Source: an uncultured Poribacteria bacterium
Lineage (GTDB): Bacteria; Poribacteria; WGA-4E; WGA-3G
Length of the DNA: 64,000 nucleotides
Direction of reading: 5' to 3'
NCBI GenBank assembly: GCA_951813565.1
Contig: OX638351.1
Span: 2,624,001-2,688,000 of the forward strand
Under the pieces are notes generated by a model. It was not told the origin of the DNA. It did not search any database and saw nothing but the letters and a program-made list of their open reading frames with translations. This document shows, one piece after another, positions 53,115 through 61,328 of the stretch. The position numbers and the translations under genes were made by a program. Within the stretch, counting starts at the first letter, position 1. Each line of letters begins with the position of its first letter.

Positions 53115-53945
53115 ATGAAATTGAGTTGTCTCCCCGTTTCTCTTTACGATGACATTTTCACCGGAAAAAGTACTGTTGCGGATTGGATCCGATTCGGTGC
53201 AAAATTGGGTTTAGATGCAGTTGACTTTAGTATCAAATTTTTTCCACATCGTGATGAAAAGATGACGCACATAGTCCGTACTATCCTTGCAAAACGCGGT
53301 TTAGAGGCATGCATGCTCGCGTGCTACTCCGACTTCACACATCCCGACCCTACGCAACGCGCACAAGAGTTAACTGAATTAAAAGCGGATATCGCATTAG
53401 CAAAAGCGTTGGGGGCAAAATTTGTTCGGGTGACAGCAGGACAAAATCACCCGGGAACTAAACGCGAAGAAGGGGTGCGTTGGGTTGTAGATGGATTTCG
53501 GCATGTGCTTGACGAAGCAGAAAAGCAGGGCATCACACTTGCTTATGAAAATCATACCAAAGGCGCGCCGTGGCAGTATTGGGATTTTTCACAACCGACA
53601 GAGATTTTTTTAGAAATCCTTGATGCCCTTTCGGACACACCACTCGGTGTTTGTTTCGACACCGCAAACCCTCTTGTCCTTAACGAAGATGTCTTGGAAC
53701 TGCTGGATAAAGTGATTGACCGTGTTGTTGTACTACATGTCTTTGACATGCGCGAAGCAGGGACGTTTGAACCTGTCCGTATCGGTACAGGCGCCTCACC
53801 TATACCACAAATCTTTTCCCGCACGCGGCAAGTTGGTTACAACGGTTGGCTCAGCATAGAGGAGGCAAGTCGTCAAGGACAACAAGGGTTTGAAGAAGCA
53901 ATCCAATATGTTAAGCAAGCATGGCAACAAGCATCATCCGCGTGA
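53115..53945 (+). CDS. Sugar phosphate isomerase/epimerase (TIM barrel)
   Basis: LAYENH, CFDTAN, LHVFD and GYNGWLSIEE motifs. Confidence 0.88.
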   Translation: MKLSCLPVSLYDDIFTGKSTVADWIRFGAKLGLDAVDFSIKFFPHRDEKMTHIVRTILAKRGLEACMLACYSDFTHPDPTQRAQELTELKADIALAKALGAKFVRVTAGQNHPGTKREEGVRWVVDGFRHVLDEAEKQGITLAYENHTKGAPWQYWDFSQPTEIFLEILDALSDTPLGVCFDTANPLVLNEDVLELLDKVIDRVVVLHVFDMREAGTFEPVRIGTGASPIPQIFSRTRQVGYNGWLSIEEASRQGQQGFEEAIQYVKQAWQQASSA

Positions 53946-54785
53946 GGGTTCACTCATCCGCTCCCGCGCTTGACGTGACAATTCCGCAAGATGTCCATCA
54001 TTCGCCATCACCTGTTCAAGGTGTATCTGACGTTCCGATGTCGCAGTGTTTACCATCTTCTCACCATACTTCCGATCAATCCAGAACCGTGACGAACCCG
54101 CTATATATGCCTGCAACGCGTCCAACTTCTCTTCTGGATACCGTTGGCAAAGATTCATCGTAAACATACGTCGGCGTGTGCCACCGCCAAACGCAGCGTG
54201 TTTAGTATTGTGGTTAAACAACACAAGATCACCGGGTGTTGTTTCAAAGACTACTGCAGGCACATCTTTTCCATGTATTTCCCACGTTTCCTGACTTCTT
54301 CCAATCTGCTGACTCAGTCCATCAGCATAGTTATCGCCAAAGAGATGACTACCCGGTATAACACGAAGCGCGCCAGTATCACGCGTGAGTGGATCAAGAT
54401 AAAATGCAATCTTAATATGCATCGGATCTTCTAAGCGATGTCCACCATCCGAATGCCATCCTGTATCACCAACATAGAAGTTGCCATCACTTCCCATGTA
54501 GTTAAAATCGTCTCCGAGCAACGTTTTTGCAATTGCCAGGATACGCGGATCATCCAGTAGCGATGCCAACTCTTCGCTTTGGTCAATGAAAGGCACTATA
54601 CAAGAACGTGCAGTACCTTCGTGTGGTTTGCCGTTATGTCCACCGCCGCGTTCTGACCAAACATTTTCAAACGCGTCCTGAATCGCCTCAATCCTGTCTG
54701 CCATCAGTTGTGGAAAACTAAGATAACCGAATGTCTTGAAGAAATTGATCTCCGAATCGGTGAGGTTGTAATCTTGTTGGTTCAT
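53934..54785 (-). CDS. PhyH-family dioxygenase
   Basis: FFKTFGYL, WHSD, FYLDPL…GALRVIPGSH and KHAA…RRM motifs. Confidence 0.9.
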   Translation of the reverse strand: MNQQDYNLTDSEINFFKTFGYLSFPQLMADRIEAIQDAFENVWSERGGGHNGKPHEGTARSCIVPFIDQSEELASLLDDPRILAIAKTLLGDDFNYMGSDGNFYVGDTGWHSDGGHRLEDPMHIKIAFYLDPLTRDTGALRVIPGSHLFGDNYADGLSQQIGRSQETWEIHGKDVPAVVFETTPGDLVLFNHNTKHAAFGGGTRRRMFTMNLCQRYPEEKLDALQAYIAGSSRFWIDRKYGEKMVNTATSERQIHLEQVMANDGHLAELSRQARERMSEPSRG

Positions 54786-54807
54786 TTTTTACATTCCTCC
54801 TTTATTA

Positions 54808-54963
54808 TAACCTAAGTTGCTACGGACAAGATTTCAAGCTTGTAGACATTGCTTTTTACTGAAAAACAAGGATTTCCAGCTAATTCTTATGCTTTCTTTT
54901 TTAAATCGGGGTTAGAAACCCCTCCTACAAGAGCATTCGCGATATAGGTAGCAACTTGGGTTA
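54808..54963. mobile_element. TAACCYAAGTTGC-ended MITE
   Basis: TIR taacctaagttgc / gcaacttgggtta; 3-bp TSD tta; inverted relative of 56527-56683. Confidence 0.8.
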
Positions 54964-55120
54964 TTATAGTGGATTTTACAATTAACTGGACATTGTCACT
55001 CGGCACGGACAAAGTGTTCTACAGTTTTAAAGTCGCGACCTGCGAATCAACGCCAAATCAAGAAATCAACGCTACAAATCATGGCGAATGCCATACGCGC
55101 ATTCGTCTTGAGGCATTTGG

Positions 55121-55290
55121 CCAAATCAACGCTGAATACGCTTTTGGTATTCAGCCAAATCAACGCTGAATACGCTTTTGGTATTCAGCCAAATCAACGC
55201 TGAATACGCTTTTGGTATTCAGCCAAATCAACGCTGAATACGCTTTTGGTATTCAGCCAAATCAACGCTGAATACGCTTTTGGTATTCAG
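55121..55290 (+). repeat. Perfect tandem array, 5 x 34 bp of the hairpin micro-element
   Basis: (ccaaatcaacgctgaatacgcttttggtattcag)x5. Confidence 0.95.
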
Positions 55291-55499
55291 CGGGTATGAA
55301 TGCCTTTTGACATTCCCCGTATGGCATTTGTCGGGTCGCTCCTACAGGAAGAGGCGCAATGAATTGCGCGACTACAAACGCCGCTAACCTAAAGAAAATG
55401 TCCAGGTATTTTTAGATTTTACTGTAATTCAACTATTGCAGATGTCTGTTTTATGGGATTGTCAAACCATAAGTCATAATTTGTGTGAGTTCTTACACA

Positions 55500-56360
55500 C
55501 TAATTTTCGGTTCGCTTGCTTTTCAGGTATCCCCACGTGGTTGTAAATTTGCCTTTCGGTTCAATGCTTAAGGGATGGGCGATTTTTGCAAAATCTGCCA
55601 TGGCAAATGCCGAATTGTAAACGATGACTTCATCAATGACACCGCCAAACCAGTCTACATTGGTGCCATCTTGAAGACCATCATGGTAAACCGTTTTCTG
55701 AGTGACGTGCCCAATTGAAATATTATTTCCGTGCATATGAAGTTGTCCGCCTTTTTCTTTGTCAATGAGTTGTCCATCTAACCACATTTCAAATTTATCG
55801 TTTTCAACTCTCCCAGAAGCATCCCGAATGACTAAAGCAATATGATGCCACCGATTTGCTCTAATTTTCGCAGACGGCCAAGCTCCATCCCAATTGTACT
55901 CTGCCTGATTCCAGCCACCAACGTAAACTTTTCCACTGTGCACATAGATGGCTAAACCTCGTGTGCCGCCGCCTTCCTGATAAATAACCTGCTTCTGATT
56001 TTTGCTGATGTCGGCACATTTAAAAAATGCTGCGACCGTTCGGTTAGTATACGGGCCACCTGTATTAATATTAACAGAATCCGGAATATTAACCGCGTCA
56101 CTTTTGCCATTAAACTGCAATGCTTTTCCAACAATACCGTTAACGGATTTCGGATCCCCCACAAACACGCCATGTAATCTTTTGTTTGAACTATCTTTAG
56201 CACTGCCATCATTAAACGTCCAATTTCCAGCAACCGTTGCTTCGTTACGCTGCGCGTCTACTCGCATAATCGGTAAAAAAGTAAATAGCAGCGAAGTAAA
56301 GCCTGATAGTACGATTATGCCAAACCTGTGAATTCTGATCTTATTTAATGCTTGAATCAT
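55500..56360 (-). CDS. LamG-like protein with shared C-terminal tail
   Basis: Hydrophobic leader; GNWTFNDG, WHHIALV and FGGVIDEVIVYN motifs; ends SIEPKGKFTTTWGYLK; start uncertain. Confidence 0.82.
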   Translation of the reverse strand: MIQALNKIRIHRFGIIVLSGFTSLLFTFLPIMRVDAQRNEATVAGNWTFNDGSAKDSSNKRLHGVFVGDPKSVNGIVGKALQFNGKSDAVNIPDSVNINTGGPYTNRTVAAFFKCADISKNQKQVIYQEGGGTRGLAIYVHSGKVYVGGWNQAEYNWDGAWPSAKIRANRWHHIALVIRDASGRVENDKFEMWLDGQLIDKEKGGQLHMHGNNISIGHVTQKTVYHDGLQDGTNVDWFGGVIDEVIVYNSAFAMADFAKIAHPLSIEPKGKFTTTWGYLKSKRTEN

Positions 56361-56484
56361 CTCCCATCTCCTTTGGAACATTTGTTTTCTTATTTCCACA
56401 GTCAATCTTCTTGAAACAGATGTCCTCAAACTTTAAGGTATTATGGCAAATTAGCAAAATTTTATCAATTACTTGTTTTGTTTC

Positions 56485-56764
56485 GGGTGTGTAAAGTTTT
56501 TGTAGAAATCCGCACAACTCCTATTGTAACCAAAGTTGCCACCTATTTCGCAAATGCTCTTGTAGGAGGGGTTTCTAACCCCGATTTAGAACAAAAAACA
56601 TAAGAATCAGCGAAAAAGCCTTGTTTTTTCAGTAAAAAGCAGTGTTTGCTAACTTGAAATCTTGTCCGTAGCAACTTAGGTTATTGTAGGGACCCTGCTC
56701 TACAGTGGAAAACGCCGCGTAATCATTGCAAATTGAACCTATGTAACCAAATATTTACACACCC
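56485..56764. mobile_element. IS256-like-ended MITE carrying a nested TAACC MITE (56527-56683, TSD ttg)
   Basis: Same ends as 8469 and 47985; no outer TSD. Confidence 0.8.
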
Positions 56765-56781
56765 TTCTCAATCAATCTTTC

Positions 56782-56810
56782 TTGACAAAAAAGCGGATAT
56801 TCGGTATACT
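56782..56810 (+). promoter_or_regulatory. Sigma70 promoter of the helicase gene
   Basis: TTGACA-N17-TATACT. Confidence 0.7.
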
Positions 56811-56841
56811 AAATATAGGATTCGTAGTATAGGGGGTTTAG

Positions 56842-59235
56842 ATGCTTTACAAAGGCTTAGAGCTTGATCAATTCCAAGAGGAAGCAATTGCAGCAATTAA
56901 TGACGACCATTCTGTGATAGTGACAGCTCCTACTGGTGCCGGTAAAACTGTTATAGCAGAATATGCTGTTGAAAAATGTCTTCAGACAAATAAACGCGTT
57001 ATCTACACAGCACCGATTAAAGCCCTTAGCAATCAAAAATATAGAGATTTTCAATCTGAATACGGTGATAAAATTGGTATCGTAACCGGTGATGTGGTCT
57101 TAAATCCTTATGCTCAAGTCCTATTGATGACCACTGAGATATTCCGAAATACCATCTTTGATGATATAGAAAGATTACAGGACGTTTCCTATGTCATCTT
57201 TGATGAAATTCACTATATCAACGATATTGAGCGTGGCACCGTCTGGGAAGAAAGCATTATTTTTGCACCGCAGCATATCAAATTTGTCAGTCTCAGTGCG
57301 ACAATTCCAAACATCAACTCTTTTGCGGAGTGGATGCAAAGTGTTAGAGAAATTGACATTAAAGTTGTTGAAGAGTTAGAACGTCCTGTGCCTTTAGAAC
57401 ATCACCTTTATTTTTCGGGCTTCGGTATAGGTAAATTGGGCCACCTTAATGATCTTCGTCAGACAGCAAAACGACAGAAACGTAAAGATGAAAATCGGAG
57501 GGATGATACATCTAAAAAACCAAAAGGTATAATCAACACAGAGTTGATTCCTTACCTGACCAAGCAAAATCGTCTGCCGTGTCTCTATTTCTGTTTCAGC
57601 CGTAAAAGATGTGAAGGCAATGCCCACTATTACGCATCTTCGGGGCAACACGAGTTGCTTGATACAGAAAAACAGGAACAGATTTTAGAAAAATTTGACG
57701 CGCTTTGTATTCAATTTGATATTGTTGAAGAGCAGGTAATTACCGATTTTCGCCAATTAATCAGTTGCGGAATAGCCTATCATCATGCGGGCATGTTACC
57801 TACACTCAAAGAAGTAGTTGAGCGGTTATTTACTTCAGGATTAATTCAACTCCTATTTACCACTGAGACGTTTGCTGTTGGAATCAACATGCCTGCATGT
57901 ACAGTCGTGTTTGATAGTTTAGAAAAATTTGACGGTGTTAGTTTCCGTTATCTTGAGGCTCGTGAATATCACCAAATGGCGGGCAGAGCAGGCAGACGCG
58001 GGATTGATACTGTCGGTTATGTGTATGCCCAAGTTAACCCGAAATATGCAACACATGACGATGTTAGCAAAGCCATTTCCAATACCATTGAACCCATCAC
58101 AAGCCAGTTCAATCTCTCATATTCCAGTATCCTTAATCTATATGAAAAATATGGCGACGAGATTTACGATGTTTACACGATGAGTCTAAGCAATCACCAA
58201 AATTATAAACGCCTGAGCGATCTCAATAAACAGATTGCTCTCTTAGATGAGAAACGTGAAGCCTTACCCCTTCCTACCTGTATCCACGATAACATTGAGG
58301 GTATGAAACAAATTGAAAGTTATCATAGACATAAGCATAAAAATCAAAAGAACCTTGAAAGGTTGCAGTTGGAATTAGCATCTCTTAAATCATTGCGCGG
58401 AAGATCAAAGAAAAATGAACAAAAAAAGAGAACAGTACTAATTCACGACAAAATGCAAAGTCTCCATGCTGAACTCGCTAAAAACTTGTGCCACGAATGC
58501 TACGAGCGCAAACAATGCACCAATAGATATCAGGCAATCCGTAAACAGGAACAACGTATTCAAAATTTAAAGCAAAAACAGACATCAATTGAGAATTATC
58601 AGCAAGGTCAGATAGCTGCTCGTCTTAATGTTCTTGAGACGCTTGGGTACATTGAATCACAAACACTGCTACCGCGCGGGAACACCGCATCACATATTTA
58701 TGGATACGAACTCCAATTGACGCAACTTCTCTTTAATGGATTTTTCGAACGGTTAACTGAAGATGAAATCAATTGTCTCATGGTAGCGATAGTGTCTGAA
58801 CCTCGCAAAGATGGTTATTTTAAAAGGCTAAAAAATAAAAGATTGTTATCAGTTTTGGGGGCAGCTTGGAGCGAAATTTTAGACATTCAAGAGTTAGAAA
58901 GCAAACTCAAAGTCTCTGAGTTTGTTCCGCTGTTGGAACCTCGTTTGTGTTCAGCTATGTTAGCGTGGAGCCGTGGGTGCGAATTTGATAAATTGACCGA
59001 CTATGCGGCACTTGATCCGGGAGACTTTGTCAGAACGTTCCGACTTGTCATTGACCAACTACGTCAAATTCGTCGTGCTATGGCAGGACACACTGCCCTC
59101 ACAGATAAATTGAATAGTTGTATTAATAAAATTAATCGTGATGTTGTTGATGCTGAACGTCAGCTGCGAATCGGGCAGGAGGAACCGTTTGAAGAGGAAG
59201 ATAACACAGTAAACATCAATGATAGTTCAGGATAG
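56842..59235 (+). CDS. Ski2/HelY-like DEAD/DEAH-box RNA helicase
   Basis: APTGAGKT, YTAPIKALSNQK, DEIH, LSAT, HHAG, TETFAVGINMPA and QMAGRAGRRG motifs; DSHCT-like C-terminus (GDFVR…INRDVV). Confidence 0.92.
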   Translation: MLYKGLELDQFQEEAIAAINDDHSVIVTAPTGAGKTVIAEYAVEKCLQTNKRVIYTAPIKALSNQKYRDFQSEYGDKIGIVTGDVVLNPYAQVLLMTTEIFRNTIFDDIERLQDVSYVIFDEIHYINDIERGTVWEESIIFAPQHIKFVSLSATIPNINSFAEWMQSVREIDIKVVEELERPVPLEHHLYFSGFGIGKLGHLNDLRQTAKRQKRKDENRRDDTSKKPKGIINTELIPYLTKQNRLPCLYFCFSRKRCEGNAHYYASSGQHELLDTEKQEQILEKFDALCIQFDIVEEQVITDFRQLISCGIAYHHAGMLPTLKEVVERLFTSGLIQLLFTTETFAVGINMPACTVVFDSLEKFDGVSFRYLEAREYHQMAGRAGRRGIDTVGYVYAQVNPKYATHDDVSKAISNTIEPITSQFNLSYSSILNLYEKYGDEIYDVYTMSLSNHQNYKRLSDLNKQIALLDEKREALPLPTCIHDNIEGMKQIESYHRHKHKNQKNLERLQLELASLKSLRGRSKKNEQKKRTVLIHDKMQSLHAELAKNLCHECYERKQCTNRYQAIRKQEQRIQNLKQKQTSIENYQQGQIAARLNVLETLGYIESQTLLPRGNTASHIYGYELQLTQLLFNGFFERLTEDEINCLMVAIVSEPRKDGYFKRLKNKRLLSVLGAAWSEILDIQELESKLKVSEFVPLLEPRLCSAMLAWSRGCEFDKLTDYAALDPGDFVRTFRLVIDQLRQIRRAMAGHTALTDKLNSCINKINRDVVDAERQLRIGQEEPFEEEDNTVNINDSSG

Positions 59236-59463
59236 TCTATAGGCGGGTTCGCTTACGCTCAATTTATAAGCGTCAATTTAAGAAAAACCTATCGTAGTGA
59301 ATCAACACCTCATGCACGTCTGGCATTCGGTGGGTAGAACGGAACTGAGAAAGAGGGACTGATAACTAAACTTATCTCAAAACTACCTACTGACACCTAT
59401 CATCAAGGAGGTAGTGAAATCCAACAATGGACTTACTAAAGTCGGGTTTCGCTTCGCTCTACC

Positions 59464-59796
59464 CATAGGTGTCAACTTAAGCACAAAATGCTGGATTATC
59501 TCTTGTGGGAGGGAGACCTTGTCCGCCCGATTTTTGAGATTTAAACAGGTAAATCCAAATCAACGATGAATGCGCCAAATCAAGAAATCAACGGTATGAA
59601 TCATGGCGAATCATGTAGAATACCAAAAGCGTATTCTACCAAGCGCATTCGTCTTTAGTCATTCACCGGGTATGAATGCCATTTAGGCATTCCCCGTATG
59701 GCATGCTGCGGGGTTGAAAACCCGCCAAATGCCAAAAAGCGCATTTGACGTTGATTCACTCCCACAAGAGGATATATTCTTAAATTGACGCCTATG
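59464..59796. mobile_element. CATAG…CTATG MITE with nested micro-elements
   Basis: TIR cataggtgtcaacttaag / cttaaattgacgcctatg; 19-bp flanking duplication ggtttcgcttcgctcta[c/t]c. Confidence 0.82.
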
Positions 59797-59850
59797 GGTT
59801 TCGCTTCGCTCTATCCGACCTACGTAACTGTTGCAATATCGGTTATTTTA

Positions 59851-61308
59851 GCACTCCCCGTCAAACCCCCTGCCTTTAGGTAAGGGATGTAGACGGCGAA
59901 AGTTTTGATTTAAAATATACTTTTCAATCTAATCACAATGTGGTATAATACCAAATTACCCTAAATCGTAGGGGCGGGTCTCTGTGCCCGCCCTTACCAT
60001 CGGCAATGAAAACAATGCAATTCTCGTTAATTTGGTATAATATATCATACTATAGTGTAACTCTTGAAGTGATAAAAGACTATATTGAAGGTCAAAGTGG
60101 ACAATGAGAAAATCTCACAAGTTCAAACTTCAACACCAATCTAACACAATCAAACTCGGCAATATGCTTGATGATATGTGGGAAATCCATCTACATATCA
60201 TGCGTTTGGCACGTAGGTATTATCGCATGTTCGGCAAAAATTTGTCTGCGTATCGTCTGAAGGCACATGTTGCGAAACTCAAAAAAACAACTAAACCACA
60301 CTGGGCGGACTTGCCGAGTCAAGTTGTTCAAGACGTTGTCCTACGTTATGGTAAATCTCAAGACGCTTTCTTTGAGAATATCGAAGACCGAAAAGCGGGC
60401 AAAACAACGCGTAAAGTGGGTAGACCGAAAATCAAACCGAGACACAAATACAACTCCATGACCTTCACACAAGCGGGCTACAAACTTGAAGATAACCGTA
60501 TCAAAATCAACTGTATAGATACATGGTTTTCCTTTCATAAACACCGTGAAATCAAAGGGCTAATCAAGACGATCACGATCAAACGTGACAGGTGCGGTGA
60601 CTATTGGATATGCTTTTCGTGCGAGAATGTTGAGGATTCCGAACCCAAACCCAAGACGGGTAAGAGCGCAGGATTTGATTACGGAAACAAAACATTCCTC
60701 ACAAGCGACGAAGGGGACACAATAGAATCCCCGCAGTTTTTCAAACAATCACTCAACACGTTGCGATCTCTCAACAAAGCACTCAGTCGTAAAGTCAAAG
60801 GTTCTAACAACTATTATCGTGCGTGCCGTGCTTTAGCAAGGCAACACAGAAAAGTTGCCCGACAAAGAGAAGATTGGCAATGGAAACTTGCCTCAAAACT
60901 TTGTGTAGAGTTTGACACACTCATTTTGGAAACGCTGAACCTTGACGGTATGAAACGATTATGGGGGCGTAAAGTTTCTGACCATTCTTTCTACCAGTTT
61001 CTTCAGATATTGGAACAGAAGTGTGCGAAGCACGGCAAAAAACTTGTGCAAATCTCGCAATGGATAGCAACAACAAAACCTTGTAGTGATTGTGGATACC
61101 ATAACAAAGAACTCTCTCTCGCAGATAGACAGTGGACATGTCCCGAATGTGGTTCACACCACGACAGAGACATCAATGCTGCTATCAATATCAAACAGGC
61201 AGGCTTGGCTGCCTAAAGTGGAGCGACAATAAGACGGTGGACGCTAAGCGAAAACCGCAGTCGCAAGGAAGCACAAGCCCCTACCTTTAGGTAGTGGGTA
61301 CCTATGAC
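59851..61308 (+). mobile_element. IS200/IS605-family (IS1341-like, tnpB-only) element
   Basis: Related subterminal hairpins ccctgcctttaggtaaggg (left) and ccctacctttaggtagtggg…tgac (right); exact boundaries inferred. Confidence 0.7.
60104..61216 (+). CDS. tnpB: RNA-guided endonuclease TnpB
   Basis: RuvC GFDYG, ILETL and DRDINAAINI motifs; zinc ribbon CSDC…CPEC. Confidence 0.93.
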   Translation: MRKSHKFKLQHQSNTIKLGNMLDDMWEIHLHIMRLARRYYRMFGKNLSAYRLKAHVAKLKKTTKPHWADLPSQVVQDVVLRYGKSQDAFFENIEDRKAGKTTRKVGRPKIKPRHKYNSMTFTQAGYKLEDNRIKINCIDTWFSFHKHREIKGLIKTITIKRDRCGDYWICFSCENVEDSEPKPKTGKSAGFDYGNKTFLTSDEGDTIESPQFFKQSLNTLRSLNKALSRKVKGSNNYYRACRALARQHRKVARQREDWQWKLASKLCVEFDTLILETLNLDGMKRLWGRKVSDHSFYQFLQILEQKCAKHGKKLVQISQWIATTKPCSDCGYHNKELSLADRQWTCPECGSHHDRDINAAINIKQAGLAA

Positions 61309-61328
61309 AACATAATAAGGAGAGAAAA

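Noticed and set aside
55121..55290. CRISPR array (34-bp palindromic repeats)
   Set aside because: Units are contiguous with no spacers, there are no cas genes, and the unit matches the dispersed micro-element.
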